The notes under the pieces were generated by a model that saw only the letters and a program-made list of their open reading frames with translations, had not been told where the DNA came from and ran no database searches. Positions 50,684-61,056 of a DNA stretch of 64,000 bases are shown here, in pieces. Position numbers and translations under genes: made by a program. The stretch's first letter is position 1; the number at the start of each line of letters is the position of its first letter. The DNA comes from Promethearchaeota archaeon (GTDB taxonomy: Archaea; Asgardarchaeota; Lokiarchaeia; Sigyniarchaeales; SOKP01): contig JAUVNS010000006.1 in the NCBI GenBank assembly GCA_030599585.1, positions 128,001-192,000 of the forward strand, in the 5' to 3' direction.

Positions 50684-53041
50684 ATGGTAAAGAAATCTGA
50701 CTTAAAGAAACTTAATTCCATCATGCAAGAAGGGAATGAATTTAAAAACCTCAGAGAATACAATAATGCTGTCGAAAAGTATTTGGAAGCTCTAAGATTT
50801 GTTGAAGAGAGAGTTAAAGAACCAGAGGAGCGCGTAGATGAAACAAGAAACATTAAATCCCAAATTGACCAAGTATATTCTGTAAAAATCATTGATATCA
50901 TTGACGAGGCAAGGAATTTCATAGAAAAGGAAGATTTTGATTCCGCCTTCAACACTTTCGACGAAGCGGCGAGAATTGCAGACAAAATAGTAGACAAAGA
51001 TATGAACGATTATGAAGTGAAAGAGATTAGTTATCTAATAAATAAAACAAAAATCGAAGAATCTCTCTTTCAAGCCGTCTTAGTGAAGAATAAGCAGGAG
51101 TTAGATAAAGCCATAAGCATGTTAAACGACACATTAGACGCTGCGAAAGATTTTTACATGGAAGATCTAGAAGATCAAATGATTAAAAAAATTGAAGATA
51201 CTATTAATCAAACTTACTCGTCAAAGGCTTCTACTGTAATGGAAAGAGCTAACCATTTTAAAAGTGATGGTAAAATTGATGACGCCCTTGAAGAATACCA
51301 GCTCGCTTTGGAATTAGTAGATAATTATTTTGATTCAGACTTAAAAAACACAGATAAACAGAATTTAATAAATTTGATTAATCAATTATACTCAGAAAAA
51401 ATAAATACAAGCATGGAAGCTGGTAAAAAACTATTTGAAGAAAGCACTTTTGAGGACGCTGCTGAAAAATTCGAAGAAGCTATAAGTATCTCTAAAAAAA
51501 TGTACGATACGGATTACAAGAAATCAGAAATACAGAGAGTCAATTCAATGGCATCAGTAGTGCTAAATCCTATCTATTTGGATAAAATTTATCCTCTCTT
51601 TAAAAAAGGTAAAGAACTAATAAGAAAGGATAACTTTGAAGAAGATATAGTTGTAGTGAATGAGGCATTAGACCTATTTGACAAGTCCTTAGAGTTGACA
51701 GAAAAAATGGCTGATTCAAACGAAAAGATCGAAGTTTTAAGTGAATTAACTGATTATATTAAAAAAACATGCAAAATTCGAATTAAATTTATTAAAGAAA
51801 AATCCATTCAAAAAATTGGGCAACGAGACTACGAAAAGGCTATTAATGATCTATATGCGGCAATTAGTGTAGCAAAAAGATTACCAATCTCTGGCGAAAC
51901 TAACGAAGATTTAGAAGATTTAAAAAATACAGTCAACAAAGTGTATTTAGCTCAAATAGAGGAAGTCGTTAGAGAGGGAAATGTTAAATTGAGGAACAAA
52001 AATTACGACGAAGCTATTAAAACCTTTAATAAAGCATTAGAAATGACTAATAAAATGTACCTCACTCAAGAAATGGAAGAAGAAATTAATAGAATAAAAG
52101 GTTTGGTATATCAAGCAGAATTAAAAGACTTAGTAGATCGTGGGGATTTATCTGAAGAACTCCAGAAATTTGAAAAGGAGTTAGATAAACTAAATAAAAA
52201 AATGGATTACGCACAAACAATAGATGACCCTACGCGTAGATTTCAAGAGATGGAGCAGATCAAGAAAACTATTGACGAGGTATTTTATTCCAAAATTAAA
52301 CTATTGGTCGAACAGGGCGTCCAACTAGCAGAAAGTGAAAATTTTAGTGAATCCTTTAAAAACTTTGAAAGCGCAATTAACATTAACGACTCAATAAAAA
52401 GTCCAGAATTTAAAAATCGTATCGCTATAAAATACGAATATAGATTGAAGTTGATAGATAAAGCAAAATTAGAAATTGAAAGGAAAATTTATGATACAGC
52501 AATTCTAGACTGTAATAAAGCTATAGAATTAGACAGTACACATATCGACGCATATTTTTATATCGGGATCGCAAATAACGAGAAAAAAGAATATAACAAA
52601 GCGATTGAGTACTTCAAAAAAGTGATCGATCTCAATCCGAACCACGCAAAGGCTTGGAACCACATGGGTTTTAGTTATGAAAAATTAGATCAATTTGATC
52701 AGGCAATAGATTCTTATAAAATAGCAGTTGGGTTTGATTCCACTTATACTTTAGCCCATTATAATTTGGCAAACGCGTATAAACACGAGAAACAATATGA
52801 AATAGCAATTGAATCCTATAAAATAGCAACAGAAATAGATCCGAACTATGCGCTAGCTTGGCTTTTTATGGGTTATACCTATTTAGATAAGAACGATTAC
52901 CATTCAGCACTTCAAAATCTCGAGAAAGCAATTGAAATTAACCCGAATCTTGGAAAAGAGATTAAATCCTCTATTGATACCATTAAGGATTCGGTAGGAA
53001 AGCTTCAAAAAGGTTTGTTAGAGAAGTTCAATAATAAATAA
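50684..53041 (+). CDS. Large TPR/alpha-solenoid protein
   Basis: Helical repeats throughout; canonical TPRs in the C-terminal ~200 aa. Confidence 0.88.
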   Translation: MVKKSDLKKLNSIMQEGNEFKNLREYNNAVEKYLEALRFVEERVKEPEERVDETRNIKSQIDQVYSVKIIDIIDEARNFIEKEDFDSAFNTFDEAARIADKIVDKDMNDYEVKEISYLINKTKIEESLFQAVLVKNKQELDKAISMLNDTLDAAKDFYMEDLEDQMIKKIEDTINQTYSSKASTVMERANHFKSDGKIDDALEEYQLALELVDNYFDSDLKNTDKQNLINLINQLYSEKINTSMEAGKKLFEESTFEDAAEKFEEAISISKKMYDTDYKKSEIQRVNSMASVVLNPIYLDKIYPLFKKGKELIRKDNFEEDIVVVNEALDLFDKSLELTEKMADSNEKIEVLSELTDYIKKTCKIRIKFIKEKSIQKIGQRDYEKAINDLYAAISVAKRLPISGETNEDLEDLKNTVNKVYLAQIEEVVREGNVKLRNKNYDEAIKTFNKALEMTNKMYLTQEMEEEINRIKGLVYQAELKDLVDRGDLSEELQKFEKELDKLNKKMDYAQTIDDPTRRFQEMEQIKKTIDEVFYSKIKLLVEQGVQLAESENFSESFKNFESAININDSIKSPEFKNRIAIKYEYRLKLIDKAKLEIERKIYDTAILDCNKAIELDSTHIDAYFYIGIANNEKKEYNKAIEYFKKVIDLNPNHAKAWNHMGFSYEKLDQFDQAIDSYKIAVGFDSTYTLAHYNLANAYKHEKQYEIAIESYKIATEIDPNYALAWLFMGYTYLDKNDYHSALQNLEKAIEINPNLGKEIKSSIDTIKDSVGKLQKGLLEKFNNK

Positions 53042-53160
53042 CTTTTTTCCATATATTATTTATTCTCATTTTGTGAAAAAAGCTATAATAAACACTAATT
53101 TAACGATTAAGTAGTTTATTAAATAAAAAGATTAGAAAAGAAAAAAAACTAAAAACAGAT

Positions 53161-54057
53161 TTATAACAGATTTGAAGCGTATTGATCTACCAAATACTCG
53201 ATTTTGCTAGAATCTAATTGATCTTTCTCGAGCTCAGGGCACATGTGCTCTAAATGGAGCAATAAATCATTTAATCCTGATTCTACTTCCGGGATATCTA
53301 TGTTATCGCTTTCGTTAACAACTATTGAGCCCATAAGATGTTTCGATCGTTTGAAGATGATAAGATGTCCACCCATTTTAAGTTGATCAAGTTCTGAATT
53401 AAAAGATTCCCTCACAAAATTATGGATGGCGGTAAACAACCCCCCTTGTAATATATCTTCATTTGAGGATGATGTTAAAGGAATTCCTCCCTGATCAAAA
53501 ACGGTAATCGCTCTAAGGTTTGTCTTTTGGGTAAGATGCTTACCAGTTAATTTATAATAGATCTTCATAAATGCTTTTACAATTCCATAGCCTGTTTTAC
53601 ATGAAATCGGTAATACTTCAAAAGAGGGTAAATCTTTCAAATTCAAAGCTTCGATAATTTCACTAATTGAAGCAACAGGCTGAAGATCGTATTTATTTGC
53701 TAGTATTATCAGAGGTTTCTTCTTAAAAATAGAAGATAACTTCCATAGCTCGTCTCTAGCTTCGTTGAATCTTTCTCGAGCGTATGCGTCGATCATAAAT
53801 ATTACACACTCAGCAGTCGAGGCTTCACCAATCCATAAATTTCTGAAGTCTTTTTGACCACCCATATCCATAACATTAATACGAATTCCTTGTACTTCAA
53901 TTTGGGATAATTCTTTACCCATTGTGGGTGCATGTTCCATAAATGTACCATTCTGTAGAAAGGAAATCATGGTGGTTTTGCCAGCACTGTCAAGTCCGGT
54001 TATAACAATCTTCTTTTCTTTGGTAAATACTCGTTTTAAAATATCTTTAACTCCCAT
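53161..54057 (-). CDS. Arf-like small GTPase with C-terminal roadblock/longin-like domain (paralogue)
   Basis: GLDSAGKTT, PTMG, DMGGQ, NKYD, SCK. Confidence 0.9.
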   Translation of the reverse strand: MGVKDILKRVFTKEKKIVITGLDSAGKTTMISFLQNGTFMEHAPTMGKELSQIEVQGIRINVMDMGGQKDFRNLWIGEASTAECVIFMIDAYARERFNEARDELWKLSSIFKKKPLIILANKYDLQPVASISEIIEALNLKDLPSFEVLPISCKTGYGIVKAFMKIYYKLTGKHLTQKTNLRAITVFDQGGIPLTSSSNEDILQGGLFTAIHNFVRESFNSELDQLKMGGHLIIFKRSKHLMGSIVVNESDNIDIPEVESGLNDLLLHLEHMCPELEKDQLDSSKIEYLVDQYASNLL

Positions 54058-54327
54058 TTTACTCAGTCTTAGGTTATTTTACATATATATATAATAATAA
54101 AATTTATATCTTGAAACTATAATAAAACTTTTTAGTTAAAAACGAAAGGATTTATGCTTTTGTTTGTTATGTTGCTACAGAATTATTTTTTTATAGAATT
54201 CATTTTCAGATTTTTCAGTAGAACAAAAAGAATTTACTATAAAAGTGCAAAGTTAAAACTAGATTAAATTATTGTTGATTTCCCTGATTAGATTAAAATT
54301 AAAAGAAAAAAAGAAAAAAAATCGTTA

Positions 54328-54978
54328 TTATTCCTTTACTACCAATTTTGCAATCCAGGTTCCCATTATCTTCTGTTCTTCTTCGACATTGACAAATACA
54401 TATTTCTCATAAAAACCTTTTGTTCCTAATAAGAGTGCCAACATAGCAACTATTCTAAAACTAATAAAAACAATTTCAGCCTGAAATAGCTGCCCAAGTC
54501 CCCATATAAAAAAGAACAATCCCATACCAATAGCTAACCCATTACGACTTTTTCTTCCGTCTTTTATGAGAAAGTAGGAAGAACCATAACTTACAATCAT
54601 CGCATAAATTATAAAAGGCATTGGCGAGTCAACTAAAACTCTTCCGATTGCCAGGTAAAAACTGCAAAATAAGGGAAGAGTGTATAGTTTAGGTAAATTT
54701 TTTAAATAGAACATGAACTCCAATTGAATCGTAAATAATATGAACCCGAGAATCATTCCAATTGTGATTCCTCCAGCTACTTTGATATCTATATCCAAGT
54801 CAAACGAGTATATTGCAATATCGATAGTGGATCTAAACAATACGGCTACAACATAAATTAATGCCGCCAATAACATTCGGTTTTTATTCATCTTCCAGTG
54901 TTTTAATGTCGTAAGGATAGCAATCAATCCCATAGTAAAGTAAACGAGTTCCATAATCAATAAGCCAATTTCCGCCAT
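54328..54978 (-). CDS. 7TM membrane protein (type B)
   Basis: IQL.F.FYLK, G.K.RNGLA.G.GLFF, tail KI..WI.KL. Confidence 0.8.
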   Translation of the reverse strand: MAEIGLLIMELVYFTMGLIAILTTLKHWKMNKNRMLLAALIYVVAVLFRSTIDIAIYSFDLDIDIKVAGGITIGMILGFILFTIQLEFMFYLKNLPKLYTLPLFCSFYLAIGRVLVDSPMPFIIYAMIVSYGSSYFLIKDGRKSRNGLAIGMGLFFFIWGLGQLFQAEIVFISFRIVAMLALLLGTKGFYEKYVFVNVEEEQKIMGTWIAKLVVKE

Positions 54979-54979
54979 T

Positions 54980-55621
54980 TTAAGTTTCTACCTCCTGTTT
55001 AAATATTCTAAACAATCCCAATGAGAAGATAACAATAAAAACAACATAACTTATAATGATTATTCTTGATAGCAATGCTTCGTGTATGAACTGAGTGCTA
55101 AATGCTAGGGTGAAAAAGACTGCTATACCAAGAGCGCCATTGTCCTTCATGCGGATCGCCGTAAAGTATAAAAAGATAATACTTGCTGCTCCTGCAATTT
55201 GTGTGTAATCCTCAAGCCAAGCGTAAAATCCGGTAAATATATAGAGGAAGAACATCCCTGCGAAAAAGAAAATAGCTGAGAAGTGTAAAACTTCCCATCT
55301 ATTAATATAAAATATCAAAGTAAGGCCCAGTGTCACCATGATGGCTACGGAGGTATTATAAATACCAAATTCAGCGCTAAATATTTCATCCATAAAGGGT
55401 GTAGTGAACGGTGTATTGCTCACAAGAAACTCGGTGATAGCTAGTATCGAGAAGTTAAGAAAAGTACTAAAAATAATTAATCGTATAATATTGTATTTTC
55501 CCGCTTCTTTCTTGTCTTTTTGAAGCTTCCAGCCTAAAATTAACGTCGCCATAGGTATGAATATTGCGCTCGAAAGATTAGCCACAATTCCAAGACTAGA
55601 TATAATTAAATCTTCTGCCAT
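54980..55621 (-). CDS. 7TM membrane protein (type A)
   Basis: Homologous to 41909-42562. Confidence 0.8.
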   Translation of the reverse strand: MAEDLIISSLGIVANLSSAIFIPMATLILGWKLQKDKKEAGKYNIIRLIIFSTFLNFSILAITEFLVSNTPFTTPFMDEIFSAEFGIYNTSVAIMVTLGLTLIFYINRWEVLHFSAIFFFAGMFFLYIFTGFYAWLEDYTQIAGAASIIFLYFTAIRMKDNGALGIAVFFTLAFSTQFIHEALLSRIIIISYVVFIVIFSLGLFRIFKQEVET

Positions 55622-55622
55622 T

Positions 55623-56114
55623 TTACAAAAAACTTCCTTTTAGTTTTATTTCTGGTTTAAGTATTTTAGATTTAATTTCTTTAAAAATAGTAGAAAGATC
55701 AATTAAGATGTCATTTATAGTAATATTTTTTTCTTGGTTAATTCCTTCAAAGATGATTCTTTGATTCTTAGTTAATATATGCTCGTTTAAAAGCCCATTC
55801 TGTTCTAAAGTATCTATTAAACTTTGAAGCACAGGCTTATAAATTTCTACTTTGTCTTTTTTATGAAGGAGTACCGATAATGAGAAGAGATCATCTCTAG
55901 CAGCACTTTGATTTACCCTGAAAATATACGATAAAACACTGTATTTGCGGTATTTATCGATAGTGAAATCTCCTGTTTTGGAGCCTACTGGAAAACATTT
56001 TGATAGGATTTCTGACTCTACTGACTTTCCTAACGATGGATAGGAGCTAATAATCTCCGGATTAGAATTCACATATCCTCCGAGTTTACAAATTACACTA
56101 TAATCTGAAGCCAT
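55623..56114 (-). CDS. uDENN/longin-like protein (paralogue)
   Basis: CKLGGY, PEIISSYP, LSKCFPVG, R-D-D loop. Confidence 0.65.
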   Translation of the reverse strand: MASDYSVICKLGGYVNSNPEIISSYPSLGKSVESEILSKCFPVGSKTGDFTIDKYRKYSVLSYIFRVNQSAARDDLFSLSVLLHKKDKVEIYKPVLQSLIDTLEQNGLLNEHILTKNQRIIFEGINQEKNITINDILIDLSTIFKEIKSKILKPEIKLKGSFL

Positions 56115-56289
56115 TATAATCACATGTCTTTTATTTTAAAGAAAATAAAAATAAATTATAATAACTACGTAAAAGTGTGGTAATAAAAATGGGAAGTTTT
56201 TCGGAATTTTATGTTCTGTTAGCACAAATGAACTTTTTTACACACAAATTGATTTTACTTTGATGTGAAATTATGTCTTTTAAAGTTTA

Positions 56290-57555
56290 CTAAAAACTCA
56301 TTGCTTTTAGAAACTTTGGCCATAGTGTTATTTTTGAAAGAACCGGTATTGTAGCGAATAGTTTTTCTCCTACAAATCTGTCGTTATCGGTGTTATGTTT
56401 TGATAAATCTTGGTTAATATGTGCTTCGTATACATATTTACGAACCGTCTTATTAGTGTTTAATAGGTTAGCATAAGAATTCCAAAGCGTTTTGCTAGAA
56501 GAACTCTCATTATAAAAGAGATATTCACAGGCATTACCATTTCTAAAATATGTGAATAAGATTCGAGCAACCTCGTCGTCGTATTTCTTTAATTCAGCCC
56601 TTGAAAAATTCGAATTATTTTCGAGTAAAGATTCTAACATGGTCGATGCTATATCAGCGCTAGCCAATCCACATAAGATTCCTTCGTAAAAAAATGCTGT
56701 AACTAATCCTGCTGCTTCGCCTAACACGATAACGCGATCTTTTGAAAAGGAGTTTATTGGATGTTTCGAAATACCTCCACTTACAAATGGATTAGATTCG
56801 TCCCATTTGATTCCTTTCATCAATGGTTGAATTATTTTATAATTCTTAAGGATTCTAATTAACTTACTTTTGAGCTCTGCTGGAGTTTCTCTATTCCCTA
56901 AATATCCAGTTGCAATTCTTCCTTTTCCGACATTAAAGAAAAAGGGACCGTTCTGACTAATGTTAGGGTTTAGATGGAACATGTATTGAAAATTAAAATT
57001 CTGATCTAATAGAGTTTCATCAGCATAAATATTAGTATAAATTCCCATAAAGGATTCAGGGACTCCAAATCCTAACGATTTTTGCAGAGGAAAGCCTCGA
57101 GAACCTGTGGCTAAAACAAGAAGTTTAGTAGAATAAGATTCTCCTTTTCTATTAATGAGTTCAATATAGTCCGTATGCCTTACAATTTTGGTTATATTCT
57201 CGTTAAATTGAGTAGTACCACCTTGGTCTCTAAATTTATCGATAAGCTTTTTAATTAATACTTCAGTATGAGATATTTTTCCGAGTGGTGCTCCAAATTC
57301 TTTAGAGTTTAACAATCCATCATATTTTTCGCTTTTGTAATTTAACTGAACAAATGGTCGCGGAAATATCGAATCGTCGTTCCAGAACATAGCGTCGACA
57401 AACGGTTTGTTATGTTCAGCAAATATGTTTGTTCTTACGGGTATTTCTCGATCGTAATCTTGTGCTTCTACAAGCAATGTTTTCGCGTATTTTGAAGCTT
57501 TGTAAGCAAAGGACACTCCGGAAATTCCAGCACCAATAACAATAAAATCATACAT
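56290..57555 (-). CDS. FAD-dependent oxidoreductase (geranylgeranyl-reductase-like)
   Basis: VIGAGISG, LATG, LGEAAGLV..F..EGI. Confidence 0.8.
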   Translation of the reverse strand: MYDFIVIGAGISGVSFAYKASKYAKTLLVEAQDYDREIPVRTNIFAEHNKPFVDAMFWNDDSIFPRPFVQLNYKSEKYDGLLNSKEFGAPLGKISHTEVLIKKLIDKFRDQGGTTQFNENITKIVRHTDYIELINRKGESYSTKLLVLATGSRGFPLQKSLGFGVPESFMGIYTNIYADETLLDQNFNFQYMFHLNPNISQNGPFFFNVGKGRIATGYLGNRETPAELKSKLIRILKNYKIIQPLMKGIKWDESNPFVSGGISKHPINSFSKDRVIVLGEAAGLVTAFFYEGILCGLASADIASTMLESLLENNSNFSRAELKKYDDEVARILFTYFRNGNACEYLFYNESSSSKTLWNSYANLLNTNKTVRKYVYEAHINQDLSKHNTDNDRFVGEKLFATIPVLSKITLWPKFLKAMSF

Positions 57556-57645
57556 AAACTCCCAAAATCATTAACCATAAAAAAAGATTATTTTATTTTT
57601 CCGATTCTTAGAAGTCTGGTTAGTTATTAGAATTAATAAAAAAAA

Positions 57646-58398
57646 TCAAATGAGATTTTGAATTGTTTTTGTTATTTTTTCCAAATTTACTTCTGCCATC
57701 CCGAGAGGGACCGAAGACTCATATAACACGACTATCAATAATGGTTCTAATTTCCAAGGAATATCAATTATTCTCGAAAATACTTTTTGATTATTCTCCA
57801 AACTATAAAATGTTAAAGAGTATTCAGTGTTTGCAATGTGTCTGATTTCTAATTCTTTTAGAGAGGACAATAGGATATCTTGTGGTAAGGATGTAAAAAT
57901 TATCTTTCCATTTATAGAAAATAACGCTGCGGCTAATATCTCGTTTTCAAGGGTTAATCTTTTAATGAGATCAACTATCTTTTTATATAGAGGTTGACTT
58001 GAAGATAACTCATCGTCCCCTTTTATAATTGAAACAATTTTAGCATCAAATTCGCTATTATGGATTTCTTCGTAATCTTCAACAACATTATCCTCAAGGA
58101 ATTCTTTAAATACCTCTACAATGCTCGCCAATCTAGAGTTGATATACAAAATATTAGCGCTTGTATCGGCTAAAATCGCGTAAATATGCTCACCTTCAAC
58201 CTTAAATACAATTCTAAAACCGCCCATTTCGAGGACTTCGGGCGTTTCTTTAGAAATAACGCTTTCAGAAAACGAAAAAATAGCCGAGAAAAAGGGAGTT
58301 ATCAAATTTGGTTCGATATTCTCAAAATGTTCTGTAATATTTCTGCTGTAAAGACAAGCTCCGGCTTTCGTCAAAATAAAAAGTGAGTGTAACTTCAT
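57646..58398 (-). CDS. Longin + roadblock fusion protein
   Basis: N-terminal LFILTKAGACLYSR (longin); C-terminal AAALFSINGKIIF (roadblock). Confidence 0.7.
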   Translation of the reverse strand: MKLHSLFILTKAGACLYSRNITEHFENIEPNLITPFFSAIFSFSESVISKETPEVLEMGGFRIVFKVEGEHIYAILADTSANILYINSRLASIVEVFKEFLEDNVVEDYEEIHNSEFDAKIVSIIKGDDELSSSQPLYKKIVDLIKRLTLENEILAAALFSINGKIIFTSLPQDILLSSLKELEIRHIANTEYSLTFYSLENNQKVFSRIIDIPWKLEPLLIVVLYESSVPLGMAEVNLEKITKTIQNLI

Positions 58399-58585
58399 CT
58401 TGAACTCCACTGAAATATAATATAGAAAGATATAGAAATTTATGCTTTTAAGTATTGTTAAATAATGGTAGGAAAACACTAATCTTAATGAAAAATAGTT
58501 ACTTTAAAATTAGAGCTTATCTAGTTTTATTATTATTGAATATACTAATGAGAGATAAATATGAAAAATTTGGAGGATATGATGT

Positions 58586-58975
58586 ATGTTTGATGTTAAG
58601 GTGGAGAAGGCTAAGATAGTGCAACTGCTCCAGGCGAATGTAGATGCAGAAAATAGCGGTGACATCGAGGCGGTCTTAACAATTTATGACCAAGACTGTT
58701 ACACCCTTGCCCCCGGAACGAAGTTGATGAAAGGGCACAGCGACCTCCGAGGACTCTACCAAGTAATTTTAGAATCGTTGGTCCACATGGAGAATGAAGC
58801 TATAGATATAAATTTCTCAGAGAATGGCGATATGGCTTACTTGATCGCGAGTTATCATATGGTGTTGAAGGGAGACGAGGGGGATGTAGACCAAATTGGG
58901 AAGTTTCTTGGGGCTCTAAGTAAGAAGTCTGGCGAGTGGAAAATAGTAGCGATATCGTACAATACGGATGAATAA
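58586..58975 (+). CDS. SnoaL/NTF2-like (DUF4440) protein
   Basis: GDIEAVLTIY..D, GDMAY, GEWKIV. Confidence 0.85.
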   Translation: MFDVKVEKAKIVQLLQANVDAENSGDIEAVLTIYDQDCYTLAPGTKLMKGHSDLRGLYQVILESLVHMENEAIDINFSENGDMAYLIASYHMVLKGDEGDVDQIGKFLGALSKKSGEWKIVAISYNTDE

Positions 58976-59190
58976 AGTATTTTTTAAAATCCTTATTTTC
59001 TTCAAAATTCTGGAGTGTTGAATTTTAAGTATTTTTAAATGATGACTGGGTTCTAATTAGCATAAAAAAATCTTCTTCTTTTTCATAATCGTGATCTTTA
59101 AATAGAAGCTTAAATGATCCCATATAAGAAAGTTGTGTGGTTATGTAGAATTACTATCACAACTTAGAAAAAGATTAATATGCTAAGAAA

Positions 59191-59598
59191 ATGACTGAAA
59201 ACGACTTGAATAAAATTAGGCTAAAGAAGGCTGAAATGCTGTTAAAAGCTCAATCCATGCCAACAGATATTGTTAAAATCCATTCTGCAGAAGAATTTGA
59301 AAATCTGAAGAAGGAATATCCCGATAAGATTTTAATCGTAGACTTCTGGGCAGTATGGTGCAGCCCCTGCATGATGTTCGCTCCAGTATTCGAAAAAATA
59401 CAGAAGGAGCACTATCAAGAATTTATTTTTGTGAAAGTAAATGTTGACGAAGTTGGTTCTATTGCCCAAACTTATAGAATAACTGGAATCCCAACAACGC
59501 TGTTTATAAAAAGCGATGAAGTGATACATAAAGTTGTTGGTGCTGTTAACGAGGAATATATTAGGAAAGTTTTAGAGAAGTTAAGATCGTTTACTTAA
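59191..59598 (+). CDS. trxA: Thioredoxin
   Basis: VDFWAVWCSPC, cis-Pro GIPT. Confidence 0.93.
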   Translation: MTENDLNKIRLKKAEMLLKAQSMPTDIVKIHSAEEFENLKKEYPDKILIVDFWAVWCSPCMMFAPVFEKIQKEHYQEFIFVKVNVDEVGSIAQTYRITGIPTTLFIKSDEVIHKVVGAVNEEYIRKVLEKLRSFT

Positions 59599-59656
59599 TT
59601 TTTTTTTTTAATTTTGTAAGAAATAGTTATAAACTAATTATTATTGGTGAATATCC

Positions 59657-60103
59657 TTGGAAAGTATATCAAAACAATTAGAAGATATGGTAAAAGAGAA
59701 GAAAGTTTTCAAAAGTGGAAAGCTGTTTAAATGTATATTAGGACTAAACGTAATAGAATCAAATGTTTTTTCGTATTTATTAAAACACGACAACGTGACT
59801 ACTAAGGAATTGACGGGTGAATTTAAAAAAGATAGAAGTTCAATTCAAAGAGCTTTAATGCAGTTGAGTGCTCTCGATATTATAGAGAAGCGATCAATGT
59901 CGTTAAAAGAATTCAACGAGAAAGATGGTAAAGAAGGAACAAATAAACGCGGATACTTATATGTTTACGGTGCCAAAGATCTTGAAATTGTAAGAGTTCA
60001 ATTACGTGATTTACTTGACAGGTGGTATAAATCTATGGTAAACCATATTGAAAATTTAGATAGTATTTTTGATTGCTACGAAAAAGATGGTGAAACTTGC
60101 TAA
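59657..60103 (+). CDS. Winged-HTH transcriptional regulator (TrmB/COG3355-like)
   Basis: KCILGL, KDRSSIQRAL, GYLYVY. Confidence 0.8.
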   Translation: MESISKQLEDMVKEKKVFKSGKLFKCILGLNVIESNVFSYLLKHDNVTTKELTGEFKKDRSSIQRALMQLSALDIIEKRSMSLKEFNEKDGKEGTNKRGYLYVYGAKDLEIVRVQLRDLLDRWYKSMVNHIENLDSIFDCYEKDGETC

Positions 60104-60198
60104 CCGGTATTTTATTAAATATCTTCTAACTAACCATATAGTCTAATGCAATATTTCCTTATTATTTTCTACTTAGGTCTAATTTAAAAAAAAAGAAG

Positions 60199-60600
60199 TT
60201 AGAATGGTAGAATTATTAAAGTTATACCTAATAATAAGCCAAGTAAATACGCCACAATAACATAGAGGATAAAAGCAAGGATGGTTACCCCTATTGCTCC
60301 AAAGATTCCAGTGTTATGTCTAGCACTAATTAACAACCACGATGCAATTAAGACAATTACCCACGCTACCCAAGTACCTAGGAACAAAAATGTTAGGGCA
60401 TAAATAACCGTTATTACAAAAGAAGTAAAAAATACTGATCCAAACTCCCTGTGCCTAGCACTACTGAAAAAGCTCAAAGCTATTTTAAGAAAAATGCCCA
60501 TTACTATCAGAAAGATCAAGTAGAGGAGAAGAAACCACATAATATCTTCAAGAGTGCCAAAGGTTTGAGCCCAATCTTCGTTAAAAATTTCAAATATCAT
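60199..60600 (-). CDS. Four-TM membrane protein
   Basis: Hydrophobic segments. Confidence 0.7.
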   Translation of the reverse strand: MIFEIFNEDWAQTFGTLEDIMWFLLLYLIFLIVMGIFLKIALSFFSSARHREFGSVFFTSFVITVIYALTFLFLGTWVAWVIVLIASWLLISARHNTGIFGAIGVTILAFILYVIVAYLLGLLLGITLIILPF

Positions 60601-60696
60601 TATAAAACCTTATTTTTATTTATAATATTTCTTAGAATATCTTGAAATATTTATGTATTATTCATATTTTCTAGAAGTCTAATTTGATGAAAGTTG

Positions 60697-61032
60697 TTAC
60701 ATCCAAGAAGCAATTTTTGGAGTTTTAGCCAGAATGTCCACAAGATCCTCGTATTCAATGCATTTAATTCTAGGATCGACCGTACTAGGTTCAATTCCTC
60801 GTGCTAGAAGATCAGGTGTTATTGCAAATACAGATACTGAAAGACTTAACAATTTTTCTAATGAGCTTGGTATTGTACCACTTTGTGAGGTTCCTATTAC
60901 ACCATCGTGAATGAGAACGATTGCGATACTAGAACCATTATCAGTTTGGTCCTTTAGAATACTCAGCAGATTATCTAAATACGCCTGCTTTCTTGTACTA
61001 AAACCATATAAATACACTAATTCTTCTTTCAT
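60697..61032 (-). CDS. dsrH: DsrH/TusB-like sulfur relay protein
   Basis: LIHDGV, DLLARGI, YEDLVD, ASW. Confidence 0.8.
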   Translation of the reverse strand: MKEELVYLYGFSTRKQAYLDNLLSILKDQTDNGSSIAIVLIHDGVIGTSQSGTIPSSLEKLLSLSVSVFAITPDLLARGIEPSTVDPRIKCIEYEDLVDILAKTPKIASWM

Positions 61033-61056
61033 TTCTTTTATACGCCTCTTAGGATA

